DNA of 64,000 nucleotides from an uncultured Gammaproteobacteria bacterium (lineage in GTDB: Bacteria; Patescibacteriota; Microgenomatia; UBA12405; JAHJSD01): the NCBI GenBank assembly GCA_964428655.1, contig CAYRYE010000001.1, positions 312,406 to 376,405 of the forward strand, given 5' to 3'. Both the position numbers and the translations under genes were made by a program. The first letter of the stretch is position 1. Every line of letters begins with the position of its first letter. Under the pieces are notes generated by a model. It ran no database searches, was not told the origin of the DNA, and saw only the letters and a list, made by a program, of their open reading frames with translations. This document shows positions 8,770 through 18,670 of the stretch, piece after piece.

Positions 8770-10947
8770 ATGGCTCAAACGAGACTTGAGTTGATTAGAA
8801 AACAAAGGCTTAAAAAACTTCAAAAATTAAGAAAATTAGGGATTGATCCTTATCCGGCCAAATTTGATAAAAAGCATACTTGTGGTGAGGTTGGTAAGAA
8901 ATTAGGCAAGAGGGTAAAAACTGCTGGTCGAGTGATGGCCATCAGGGGTCACGGAAAGATTGTTTTCTTTGATCTTATGGATTCTAGCGGCAGAATCCAG
9001 GTTTGGTTTCAAGAAAACAATTTGGGTAAAGAGAAGTTTGAGATTCTTAAGTGTATTGACACTGGTGATTTTGTCGGCGTTGAAGGAAAAGTAGTTAAAA
9101 CAAAAGCCGGCGAAATAAGCATTGATGTTCAGGATTTTCAATTTTTATCAAAGGCTCTTCGACCTTTGCCAGACAAATGGCAGGGTTTGAAAGATATTGA
9201 AGAAAGATATCGAAAGAGATATTTGGATTTATTGTTAAATAGTAATGTAAAAGACGTTTTTCTAAAGAGAGCGGAGATTTATAAAGCAATCAGGGAATTC
9301 TTAGATGAAAAAGGTTTTATTGAGGTGCAAACGCCTATTTTGCAAACACAATATGGGGGAGCTAATGCTTCTCCCTTTGTAACAAAAATAAATGCCTGGA
9401 ATATGATGATGTATCTGCGGATTGCGTATGAACTTCATTTGAAACGATTACTTGTTGGTGGATTTGAAAAAGTTTATGCATTGGGTTCATGTTTTCGCAA
9501 TGAAGGTGCGGATAAGACGCATAATCCAGAATTTGCAATGATGGAAGTTCAAATGGCGTATCGTGATTATGATGATGCAATGAAGTTAACAGAGGAGTTA
9601 TGGGAATATGTGGCAAAAAAAGTTTTAAAAACAACAAAAATTAAGTTTCAAGGAAAAGAAATTGAATTGAAGGCTCCGTGGAAGAGGTTAACGATTAAAC
9701 AAGCTTTAAAAAAGTTTGCGAAAATTGATGTGGATTCTTTGTCTGATAAAGAACTTTTAGCTTTAGCAAAAAAACATAAGATTGAATGTAAACCTGTCAG
9801 GGGAGAATTGATCATTTCTCTTTTTGAAAGACTTTGTGAAGACAAATTGATTCAACCAGTTCATATAATTGATCATCCAAAAGAGTCTTGTCCTTTGTCT
9901 CGTCCACATCGAAAGGATAAAGATTTAATTGAAAGAGTTGAACCCTTTGTCAATGGCTGGGAAGTTGGGAATTGTTATTCAGAATTAATTGATCCTCACT
10001 TGCAAGAAAAATTATTTAAAGAACAAGTTAAAAAAAGGCGAGAAGGAGATGAAGAAGCTCATCCAATGGATGAAGATTATATTCAGGCGTTGGAGCATGC
10101 ATTACCGCCTAATGTTGGTATGGGGTTTGGTATTGACAGGATGATTATGCTGCTTACTGGTTCAGAATCAATAAAAGATGTTATTTTATTTCCGGTGATG
10201 AAGGAGAAAGCAGGAAATAAAAAGAGCCCTCCTATTATTAAAGATATGTCCAGGGGAAAAATAAAATTAAATGAAATATATCAGATTAGTGAGGAAGTTA
10301 GTAAAAGATTTCCAGGTATTCATGTTGGCTGTGCAATCATTGAGGGGGTTGAAGTTAAAAAGGAGGATGAAAACCTAGAGAAGTTCAAAAAAAAAGCGCT
10401 TTCTAAATTTAAAGATTTAACCACCAAAGACATTAGTAAAATCTCTACTATTGGGGCCTATCGAGGTTTATTTAGGGATTTTGGTGTGGACTGGCATAGT
10501 CGTCGTCCTTCTGTTGATGCTCTATTGAGAAGAATTGCTCTTAAAAAAGGATTGTATAAGGTTAATACCTTAGTTGATGCTTATAATTTGGCTGTCATTG
10601 AATCTAAGATTGCCCTTGGTGCTTTTGATAAAGATAAGTTTATTCTACCAATTGAATTAAGATTTGCTGAGGAAAACGAAGAAATTGTTCTGTTGGGAGA
10701 AAAAAGACCAACAAGAATAAGACAAGGGGAATTGGTTTATACTGATCAGGTGAGAGTAATCACTTTAGATATGAACTATCGGGACTGTGACGCGACTAAA
10801 ATTAGCAAAGGAACAAAGAATATTCTTTTGTTTGCTGATGGCGCACCAGGAATTAATATAACTGAAGTTAAAAAAGGTCTTGAATTGGGCTGCAAATTGA
10901 TTACCAGGTTTTGTGGTGGAAAAGTAGTAAGAAAAGAAATTATTTAA
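8770..10947 (+). CDS. lysS: class II lysyl-tRNA synthetase with a C-terminal B3/4 (PheT-like) tRNA-binding domain, about 230 aa
   Basis: OB-fold N-domain, motif 2 FRNEG, motif 3 GxGIDR; extra C-terminus has B3/4 signature VDAYNLAVIESKIALGAFDKDK. Confidence 0.85.
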   Translation: MAQTRLELIRKQRLKKLQKLRKLGIDPYPAKFDKKHTCGEVGKKLGKRVKTAGRVMAIRGHGKIVFFDLMDSSGRIQVWFQENNLGKEKFEILKCIDTGDFVGVEGKVVKTKAGEISIDVQDFQFLSKALRPLPDKWQGLKDIEERYRKRYLDLLLNSNVKDVFLKRAEIYKAIREFLDEKGFIEVQTPILQTQYGGANASPFVTKINAWNMMMYLRIAYELHLKRLLVGGFEKVYALGSCFRNEGADKTHNPEFAMMEVQMAYRDYDDAMKLTEELWEYVAKKVLKTTKIKFQGKEIELKAPWKRLTIKQALKKFAKIDVDSLSDKELLALAKKHKIECKPVRGELIISLFERLCEDKLIQPVHIIDHPKESCPLSRPHRKDKDLIERVEPFVNGWEVGNCYSELIDPHLQEKLFKEQVKKRREGDEEAHPMDEDYIQALEHALPPNVGMGFGIDRMIMLLTGSESIKDVILFPVMKEKAGNKKSPPIIKDMSRGKIKLNEIYQISEEVSKRFPGIHVGCAIIEGVEVKKEDENLEKFKKKALSKFKDLTTKDISKISTIGAYRGLFRDFGVDWHSRRPSVDALLRRIALKKGLYKVNTLVDAYNLAVIESKIALGAFDKDKFILPIELRFAEENEEIVLLGEKRPTRIRQGELVYTDQVRVITLDMNYRDCDATKISKGTKNILLFADGAPGINITEVKKGLELGCKLITRFCGGKVVRKEII

Positions 10948-10965
10948 GCTAAAAAGGAGGTAAAA

Positions 10966-11532
10966 ATGGCTGATAGAGATAAGTTATTGGAAATTTTAAA
11001 TAAACAGGTTGAGAACAAAAATATTATTAAACATATGTTGGCGACTGAGGTTTGTATGAAAGCTCTGGCAGAGAAATTAGGGGCGGAAAATAGAGAAGAA
11101 TGGGCAATGGCTGGGCTGATGCACGATGGTGATTACCGGGATGATGTTCCGGTTGAACAACAGGGAGTAAAAATTACTGAGATTCTGAAAAGTGAGGGAG
11201 TTGAAGTTTCTGATTCGGTGGCTCAAGCGATGGCGGCCCACAACTGGAGTAATACTGGTGTTGAGCCCAAAACACCAATGGACTGGGCCTTGTTTTGTTG
11301 TGACAGTTTAACTGGATTGATTGTTGCTTGCGCTTTAGTGCGGCCGGATAAAAAGTTGGCTAGTGTGGAAGTTAAATCAGTATTAAAAAAGTTTCCCGAT
11401 AAAAGGTTTGCCGCCGGCACAAGGAGAGAGGATATAAAAAAGTGCCAGGAGAAATTAGGCATTCCTCTAGAGGAATTTGTTGAAATTTGTTTTAAGGCAA
11501 TGCAGGAAATTAGTGATGATTTAGGGTTGTAA
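10966..11532 (+). CDS. HD-domain phosphohydrolase
   Basis: H...HD motif (HMLATEV...GLMHDGDY); strong RBS aaaggagg upstream. Confidence 0.55.
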   Translation: MADRDKLLEILNKQVENKNIIKHMLATEVCMKALAEKLGAENREEWAMAGLMHDGDYRDDVPVEQQGVKITEILKSEGVEVSDSVAQAMAAHNWSNTGVEPKTPMDWALFCCDSLTGLIVACALVRPDKKLASVEVKSVLKKFPDKRFAAGTRREDIKKCQEKLGIPLEEFVEICFKAMQEISDDLGL

Positions 11533-11558
11533 GATGTTTCCCAAGAATTATCATTTTA

Positions 11559-11869
11559 TTGAAAATGGCTAATAAAAATCAATTTAAGGAATACAAGAAA
11601 CTTCTTTCCCAATGGATTAAGTTTAAGAGTATTTCTACTGATGCTAAATATAAGCGAGGAGTTTTTAATGCGGCTGATTGGTTTAGATCACTGCTCAAGA
11701 ATTATGGCTTTGTTAGCAAATTAATTAAAGGAAAAACAACCAATCCGTAATTTCTGTTTCAATGGCTAATGAGGATTGCAACATGCATGGGGCGAATGAA
11801 AATTTTAAGATTAGTTTAATTAAAAAAGGTTTAAAGTTTAGCAAAATGTTTTTTAGTCATCATGCTTGA
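11559..11869 (+). pseudogene. M20-family (dipeptidase-like) peptidase remnant, N-terminal about 60 aa and C-terminal about 35 aa with the core deleted
   Basis: 63-aa ORF looks like an M20 N-terminus (LLSQWIKFKSIS...). After its stop, a second frame encodes an M20 C-terminus (HGANENFKISLIKKGLKFSKMFFSHHA) whose TGA overlaps the serS ATG. Confidence 0.5.
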
Positions 11870-13115
11870 TCCAAATTATATTCGTAAGAATCCTGACAAA
11901 ATTAAAAAGGGGACAGTTGATAAGCAGCTTGACCCCAAATTAGTTGACCAATGGTTGAAAGTTGATCAGCAATGGCGGGAAGTAAATGCCCAAGTGGAAG
12001 AAGTTCGGGCCAAAAAGAATAGGCTTGTAAAAGAATTGAAAAAAAAGCCAGATAAAAAGCAGATAAATGAGGGGAAAAAATTAAAGGTAAAATTGCAAAA
12101 ATTGGAAGCAGATTTGGCAACTCTTAAGCAGAAAAGGGAAAAAATTTTAGTTCAAATTCCTAATTTGCCAGCCGGCGATGTTTCTCCTGGTAAGGATGAA
12201 GGCGAGAATGTTGTCGTTAGAAAGTGGGGAGAACCGACTAAGTTTGCTCTTGAACTTTTTGATCATCTTGAAATTGGAGAAAAACTAGGCCTGATTGATG
12301 TTAAAAGAGCCGGAAAAGTTTCGGGAACCAGATTTGGTTATTTAACCGGCGATGCAGTTTTATTGGAGTTTGCTTTGGTTCAGTTTGCTCTGGAAACTTT
12401 AATCGAAGAAGAATTTATTCCTGTTGTTCCGCCAGTAATGATTAAGAAAGAAATTGAAGCGGGTTTGGGTTATGGTGAGCATGGTGGTTGGGATGATATG
12501 TATCTTTTAGAAAAAGACAATTTAGTTTTGGTGGCTACAGCAGAACATTCTTTAGTGGCAATGCACGCTGGCGATGTTTTTAATGCCAGTGATTTGCCAA
12601 AAAGATATGTTGGTTTTTCAACCTGTTTTAGGAGAGAAGCTGGTAGTTACGGCAAAGATACCCGGGGGATTTTAAGAGTCCACCAATTTGACAAGGTGGA
12701 AATGGTTTCTTTTACCAAACCAGAGAATTCTGATAAAGAGCATGAATATCTTGTTTCTTTGGAGGAAAAACTAATGCAGGCATTAAAGATTCCTTACCAA
12801 ATATCAAAAATGTGTACTGGTGATCTGGGACAACCGGCGGCCAGGAAGTATGATCTTGATTCCTGGATGCCAGGTCAGGGAAAATACCGAGAAACTCATT
12901 CTTGCAGCAATTGTACTGATTATCAAGCAAGAAGATTGGGAATAAAGTATCGAGAAAAAGGAGAATTAAAATATGTTCATGTTTTAAATGGTACTGCTTA
13001 TGCAATTGGTAGAACAATCATTGCCATTTTAGAAAACTATCAGCAAAAAGATGGTTCAGTCGTGGTGCCGGAAGTTTTAAGAAAATGGGTTGGGAAAGAG
13101 AAAATTGGGGTATAA
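11862..13115 (+). CDS. serS: seryl-tRNA synthetase
   Basis: N-terminal coiled-coil arm, class II motifs (FRREAGSYGKDTRG, GTAYAIGRT). Confidence 0.9.
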   Translation: MLDPNYIRKNPDKIKKGTVDKQLDPKLVDQWLKVDQQWREVNAQVEEVRAKKNRLVKELKKKPDKKQINEGKKLKVKLQKLEADLATLKQKREKILVQIPNLPAGDVSPGKDEGENVVVRKWGEPTKFALELFDHLEIGEKLGLIDVKRAGKVSGTRFGYLTGDAVLLEFALVQFALETLIEEEFIPVVPPVMIKKEIEAGLGYGEHGGWDDMYLLEKDNLVLVATAEHSLVAMHAGDVFNASDLPKRYVGFSTCFRREAGSYGKDTRGILRVHQFDKVEMVSFTKPENSDKEHEYLVSLEEKLMQALKIPYQISKMCTGDLGQPAARKYDLDSWMPGQGKYRETHSCSNCTDYQARRLGIKYREKGELKYVHVLNGTAYAIGRTIIAILENYQQKDGSVVVPEVLRKWVGKEKIGV

Positions 13116-13122
13116 TTCTTCT

Positions 13123-15795
13123 ATGTTCAAATTTATTAAGAAACTTTTTGATTATAACGAGAAAGAGTTAAAGCGGCTTCGAGGAATTGTTGAGCAGATT
13201 AATTCTTTTGAGCTAAAGATAAAAAAGCTCTCTGATAAGAAATTGGCTGAAAAGACAGAGGAATTCAGGAATAAAATTGCTAATGGAATTAACCTCAAGG
13301 ATTTAATCCCTGAGGTTTTTGCTGTTGTCAGAGAGGCGGCAGTTAGAGTAATTGGCCAGCGCCCTTTTGATGTTCAGATGATGGCCGCTGTTTGTTTTTT
13401 TGAAGGGAAAATAGCCGAGCAAAAAACAGGCGAAGGAAAAACATTGTCTGCCGTTCCCGCTTTATATCTACGAGCCCTAGAAGGGAAAGGGGTTCATCTG
13501 GTGACTGTTAATGATTATTTAGCCAGGATTGGCTGCGGCTGGATGGCGCCGATATTTCATTTCTTAGGTCTTACTGTTGGTTGTATTATTCCTCATCAAT
13601 CTTTTGTCTATGATCCAAAATACAAGGTTGCCGCTGATGATGAAAGGTTAAGCCATTTAAAACCGGTTAAAAGAAAAGAAGCCTATTTAGCTGATGTTGT
13701 TTATGGAACTAATAATGAGTTTGGCTTTGATTATTTGCGGGATAATATGGCTCAAGGTTTGGATAGTACTGTTCAAAGGGAGCGCTATTTTGCTATTGTT
13801 GATGAAATAGATTTTGCCTTGATTGATGAGGCAAGAACTCCTTTAATTATTTCTTCACCCCAAGATGAACCAACAGAGAAATACTACCGTTTTGCCAAAT
13901 TAGCAGCTGAGCTTCTTCCTGAGAGTGATTATGTTATTGATGAGAAAGCCAGAACAGCGCTGTTGAGTGAGTATGGAATCCGCAAAGTAGAGAGAAAATT
14001 AGGCTCAAGTAATTTGTATGAAGAGGATTTTGATACCATTCACCAAATTGAAAACGCCTTGAAAGCAAAGACTTTGTTTTACAAAGATAAAGATTATGTT
14101 GTTAAAGACGGCGAGGTGATCATTGTTGATGAATTTACTGGCCGGTTAATGAAAGGACGACGCTGGTCAGACGGTTTACATCAGTCAGTTGAGGCTAAAG
14201 AAGGAGTGGCTATTCAGAAAGAATCTAGAACTTGGGCAACAATTACTTTCCAGAATTATTTCCGCATGTATCAGATTTTAGCCGGCATGACTGGAACGGC
14301 GGCCACGGAGTCAGAAGAGTTCAAAAAAATCTATGATCTTGAGGTTGTGGTTATTCCCACTAACGAACCAATTGTTAGGAAGGATAGCCCGGACGTGATT
14401 TACAAAACTCAACGGGCCAAATATGCCGCTGTGGCAGCTGAGATTGGAGAATGTCATCAGCGAGGCCAGCCGGTTTTAGTGGGCACAACTTCAATTGAGA
14501 AGAATGAGATGATCAGCCGCTATTTGAAGAAGAAAAAGATTGCCCATCAGATTTTAAATGCTAAACATCATCAAAAAGAGGCTAGGATTATTGCCCAGGC
14601 AGGAGAGGTAGGGGCAGTAACCATTGCCACTAATATGGCCGGAAGGGGAGTAGATATTATCTTGGGTGGAGATCAGTCGGGCTCTGGCCGGAAAAAATGG
14701 CAGAAAGAACATGACAAGGTAATTAAGCTGGGCGGACTTCATGTGGTCGGGACAGAAAGACACGACGCCAGGAGAATTGATAATCAATTAAGAGGTCGAT
14801 CTGGTCGTCAGGGTGATCCCGGCAGCTCAAAGTTTTTCATTTCCCTGGAGGATGATTTAATGAGAATCTTTGGCGGTGAACAAATTTCTTCAATGATGAC
14901 CCGGCTGAAGATGCCTGAAGATATGCCGATTAGTCATTCAATGGTTAACCGGATGATTGAACAAATTCAAGTAAAGGTGGAAGGTTTTAATTATGATATC
15001 CGCAAGAGCTTGGTTGAATTTGACGATATTGTTAATAAGCAAAGGGAGATAATTTATCGCCAGCGAGGAGAAATTCTTGATAACTATGAAAATAGCCCTA
15101 AAAAATTAAAAGAGATTATTTTGGAAAAAATTAAGAAAGAATTGGAATTTGTTTTTGATCGCAGTCTTGATTCGGAGTCAATGAAGCCTTCAACAAAGAA
15201 GATTGTTATGGGTTTTGCTGAAATCATTCCTATTGAAGAGACTAGCGAGCGGCAAAAAATTGAGAAGAAGATTAAAGGCTTGGATAGAGAAAAGACACTT
15301 TTGAAGCTGATACGCCTGATCAAGAATGCCTATCAAGATCGAGAAGAAAGTTTTGGCAGCAAGATTTGCCGGGAGATTGAAAAATCAATTCTTCTTTACA
15401 CAACAGATAATCTTTGGGTTGAACATTTAACCGCTCTTGATAGTTTAAAAGAGGGGGTGAGGCTTAGGGGCTATGGTCAAAGGGATCCTTTGGTTGAATA
15501 TCGAAAAGAGAGCTATGAGATGTTTCAACAATTATTATTAAGGATTGATTATCATCTGGCGCGTCGGATTTTTAGAGTTGAACTTAAAGCCAAACCGGTA
15601 GCCGCTCCCACCCAAGCAATAGAAACCAGAGGAGAAATGTTTGTTCCCGGAGCTTTGGAAGGCCAATCAGCTTCAGCGCCGGAATCAAAAGCAAAGCCGG
15701 TTGTTTCCGGCCAAACCAGACCTGGCCGCAATGACCCTTGCCCATGCGGCAGCGGCAAGAAATATAAAAAGTGCTGTTATCCTAAATACGGTTAA
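13123..15795 (+). CDS. secA: preprotein translocase ATPase SecA
   Basis: DEAD-like motor domains, Walker A, C-terminal zinc finger CPCGSGKKYKKCC. Confidence 0.9.
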   Translation: MFKFIKKLFDYNEKELKRLRGIVEQINSFELKIKKLSDKKLAEKTEEFRNKIANGINLKDLIPEVFAVVREAAVRVIGQRPFDVQMMAAVCFFEGKIAEQKTGEGKTLSAVPALYLRALEGKGVHLVTVNDYLARIGCGWMAPIFHFLGLTVGCIIPHQSFVYDPKYKVAADDERLSHLKPVKRKEAYLADVVYGTNNEFGFDYLRDNMAQGLDSTVQRERYFAIVDEIDFALIDEARTPLIISSPQDEPTEKYYRFAKLAAELLPESDYVIDEKARTALLSEYGIRKVERKLGSSNLYEEDFDTIHQIENALKAKTLFYKDKDYVVKDGEVIIVDEFTGRLMKGRRWSDGLHQSVEAKEGVAIQKESRTWATITFQNYFRMYQILAGMTGTAATESEEFKKIYDLEVVVIPTNEPIVRKDSPDVIYKTQRAKYAAVAAEIGECHQRGQPVLVGTTSIEKNEMISRYLKKKKIAHQILNAKHHQKEARIIAQAGEVGAVTIATNMAGRGVDIILGGDQSGSGRKKWQKEHDKVIKLGGLHVVGTERHDARRIDNQLRGRSGRQGDPGSSKFFISLEDDLMRIFGGEQISSMMTRLKMPEDMPISHSMVNRMIEQIQVKVEGFNYDIRKSLVEFDDIVNKQREIIYRQRGEILDNYENSPKKLKEIILEKIKKELEFVFDRSLDSESMKPSTKKIVMGFAEIIPIEETSERQKIEKKIKGLDREKTLLKLIRLIKNAYQDREESFGSKICREIEKSILLYTTDNLWVEHLTALDSLKEGVRLRGYGQRDPLVEYRKESYEMFQQLLLRIDYHLARRIFRVELKAKPVAAPTQAIETRGEMFVPGALEGQSASAPESKAKPVVSGQTRPGRNDPCPCGSGKKYKKCCYPKYG

Positions 15796-16036
15796 AAAGT
15801 TCGAGTCCTTAACGATTCATGACGACATCTACTAATAGAAACAAAGCGAGGTTTTCCGATGCAAAGTCATATTTATATCAGAATACAGTTCCGCATCTTC
15901 GAAGAAGAGATGTCATTTCAAATATTTTAATCCATGAAATAAAGGATCGATCAGAGGTTGCAATTGCTGAAGTGGGAATTGGGAATGGCGTCCCCGCTAT
16001 CTTATCAAGAGAGGATGATTCTGGTAGAATTAGAGT

Positions 16037-16387
16037 ATGGAACAGCAATGGCTGAGAATAGCAATTTTTGTTGCTATCAGCAGCGGAATTATCTGGTGGC
16101 TTTCTTCTAATGCTAATTTAAGTAAAGGCTCCGTCAAGGTGCTGGGAGAAAGAATTGAGGAAATAATACCTGAGCCGATTAAGAAGCAGGTTAGTGAGAT
16201 CGAAAAGAAGGTTTTTAAAAAAAGTAGTCAAGTTATTGAAGAGACGGAAATAATTCAGGAAATTAAGCAGACAATTCAACAAGCGACGGGAGAAATAGAA
16301 GGCTTTCCCGAGAAACAAAAGCAAGAGATTAAAAAAGAAGTTGTTCGTCAAGTTTGTGACGAATTATTGGAAGAGATTGGCGATTAA
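16037..16387 (+). CDS. small membrane-anchored acidic coiled-coil protein
   Basis: N-terminal TM helix then a charged repetitive region; stop overlaps the prfB start (TAATG). Confidence 0.3.
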   Translation: MEQQWLRIAIFVAISSGIIWWLSSNANLSKGSVKVLGERIEEIIPEPIKKQVSEIEKKVFKKSSQVIEETEIIQEIKQTIQQATGEIEGFPEKQKQEIKKEVVRQVCDELLEEIGD

Positions 16388-17487
16388 TGGAAGGGATAAA
16401 AAAGAAATTATCAGATTTAGAGCTTCGCCTTAAGGTAGTTAAAGAGCGATTTGATGTTGAGAAGCTGAGGAAAGAGTTTAAAGACCTGGAGGAAAAAAGC
16501 CTGGATCCAAATCTATGGGATGATCAAGAAAAAGGTCAGCGAATTATGAGTCGGTTGGGAGAAGTAAAAAATAATTTAGAGATTATTGATAATTTTGAGA
16601 ATAAGTTGGCAGAATTAAAAGGCTTAATTTCGATGGTTGAGAAAGAGGACAAAGAAGAAGCGGAGATGGTGGACGAAATTTCCAAAGAAATGAAGAGTTT
16701 AGGGAAAAAACTGTCTGATTTGGAGTTAAAGACTTTTCTTTCTGGAAAATATGATTCCGGCGGAGCTATTTTATCAATTTATGCCGGTCAAGGGGGTACG
16801 GAAGCAATGGATTGGAGCTCTATGCTTAAAAGAATGTATATGAAGTATTGCCAGAAAAAAAGTTGGAAAGCGGACGTGATTGACGAAGTGCCGGGGGAAG
16901 AGGCGGGAGTAAAATCAGTCTCTTTAAAAATTTCCGGCCAATACGCCTATGGTTATTTGCAAAAAGAAGCCGGCATCCATCGCTTGGTTAGAATTTCTCC
17001 TTTCAATGCTCAGAACCTAAGGCAAACTTCATTTGCTAAGGTAGAAGTTTTACCGATAATTGGGGATGAGATGGAAATAGAAGTTGATCCTGGGGATATT
17101 AAGTTTGGGACTTTTAAATCCGGAGGCCACGGCGGTCAGAATGTTAATAAAGTGGAAACAGCAGTTCGTTTAAAACATAAACCAACTGGGATTGTTGTTT
17201 CTTGTCAGTCAGAACGCTCCCAGGAACATAATAGGAAGATTGCCATGCAAGTGTTGGCCGCTAAGCTTTTAAAGCTGGAGAAAGAAAAACTGGAGGCAGA
17301 AAAGACAAAATTAAAGGGTAAAAACTATGTACCCACCTGGGGAAGACAGATTCGATCCTATGTGCTTCATCCTTATAAAATGGTTAAAGACTTGCGGACT
17401 GATTGTGAGACAAGCGACGCCTCTTCTGTTTTGGATGGGAGCCTGGATGATTTTATTAAAGCGGAATTAAAGTTGAAAGTTAATTGA
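16387..17487 (+). CDS. prfB: peptide chain release factor 2; single uninterrupted frame with no programmed +1 frameshift site
   Basis: SPF tripeptide (RISPFNAQ) and GGQ ([11 protein letters not shown]). Confidence 0.9.
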   Translation: MEGIKKKLSDLELRLKVVKERFDVEKLRKEFKDLEEKSLDPNLWDDQEKGQRIMSRLGEVKNNLEIIDNFENKLAELKGLISMVEKEDKEEAEMVDEISKEMKSLGKKLSDLELKTFLSGKYDSGGAILSIYAGQGGTEAMDWSSMLKRMYMKYCQKKSWKADVIDEVPGEEAGVKSVSLKISGQYAYGYLQKEAGIHRLVRISPFNAQNLRQTSFAKVEVLPIIGDEMEIEVDPGDIKFGTFKSGGHGGQNVNKVETAVRLKHKPTGIVVSCQSERSQEHNRKIAMQVLAAKLLKLEKEKLEAEKTKLKGKNYVPTWGRQIRSYVLHPYKMVKDLRTDCETSDASSVLDGSLDDFIKAELKLKVN

Positions 17488-17543
17488 GAAACTAGTATGT
17501 TAGTAATTAAGAATTCCAGTTAGTGATTTTTTAAGGAGGTGAA

Positions 17544-17996
17544 ATGAAAGAGCTACTTAAGCCTTTAGAGCCGGTAGAAGAGAAAAGAGAGAAGAGAATT
17601 GACCCAAAATTAATTGGCGGGGCATTTTTAATTGTTTTATTAGGAATTGGCAGCGGCTGGGGATTGACTAAGTTGGTTAATAGAGGTCAGAGTGTGTCTG
17701 GCACTCAATTGTCAGTTGAAGAAGGTGAAAAGCTAAAAGTAGGCCAGACTTATGGACAGACCGCTGAAGTTTTCAAGGATAAAGTGTTGGGAGTGATCGA
17801 GAAGGGCGGCATTAACGGCGAGGGTACTCATAAGATTCTTAGGGAAGGGGGCGAATCGCAGACAGCCTATCTAACCTCATCTGTTTTAGATTTAGATCTC
17901 TTTGTAGGTCGGAAGGTTGAGGTTTGGGGTGAGACTTTTGCAGCTCAAAAGGCGGGTTGGCTGCTGGATGTCGGCGCAATTAAAGTTCTGGAATGA
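17544..17996 (+). CDS. hypothetical membrane-anchored protein
   Basis: RBS aaggagg; single TM; translationally coupled to ftsE. Confidence 0.35.
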   Translation: MKELLKPLEPVEEKREKRIDPKLIGGAFLIVLLGIGSGWGLTKLVNRGQSVSGTQLSVEEGEKLKVGQTYGQTAEVFKDKVLGVIEKGGINGEGTHKILREGGESQTAYLTSSVLDLDLFVGRKVEVWGETFAAQKAGWLLDVGAIKVLE

Positions 17997-18670
17997 GAAT
18001 TAAATTTAATAAAGTAACCAAGAAATTTGGAGAAATAGTAGCCATAGAGAATATTGCTTTTAAGATAAAAAGAGGCGATTTTGCTTTTATTACCGGCAGG
18101 TCCGGAGCCGGTAAAAGTACAATTATCAGTTTGGTTTTGGGAGAGATGCTGCCTACTGAGGGTGAAGTTTGGATTGATGATCTTTGTTTAAATAAGGCTA
18201 AACAGAGGCAGATTTTGAGTTTACGGCGCCAAATGGGAGTTATTTATCAGGACTTTCGGCTTTTAAACGATAGAACCGTTCGGGAGAATATTTTAATTGC
18301 CCTGGATGTTGTTAAATACGACAAAGGAGATTGGCAAAAGAGTTTGGAGAAAGTTTTAAAAACAATTGGCCTGGAAGACAGGATTGATTTTTTTCCGGCT
18401 CAACTTTCAAAAGGAGAGTTGCAGAGAGTTTGTTTGGCTAGGGCTCTAATAGCTGAACCCAAAATACTTATGGCTGATGAACCGACCGGCAACCTTGATC
18501 CGGAGAATAGTTGGGAGCTGATGAATTTGTTAAAAAGGATAAATAAAAAAGGGACAACAGTGATCATGGCCACTCATAATTTTGATATTGTTAATTCAAT
18601 GCAAAAAAGGGTAATCAAGTTAGAAAAAGGAAAACTGGCTTCTGACAAAAAGAAAGGGAAATATGAGTAA
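17993..18670 (+). CDS. ftsE: cell division ABC ATPase FtsE
   Basis: Walker A GRSGAGKST, LSKGELQRV, Walker B MADEPTGNLD; followed by ftsX. Confidence 0.85.
   Translation: MRIKFNKVTKKFGEIVAIENIAFKIKRGDFAFITGRSGAGKSTIISLVLGEMLPTEGEVWIDDLCLNKAKQRQILSLRRQMGVIYQDFRLLNDRTVRENILIALDVVKYDKGDWQKSLEKVLKTIGLEDRIDFFPAQLSKGELQRVCLARALIAEPKILMADEPTGNLDPENSWELMNLLKRINKKGTTVIMATHNFDIVNSMQKRVIKLEKGKLASDKKKGKYE

Noticed and set aside
15819-16055. 78-aa ORF after secA
   Set aside because: No RBS or motif; overlaps the start of the better-supported 16037-16387 membrane protein. Possibly a 3' UTR/promoter region instead.
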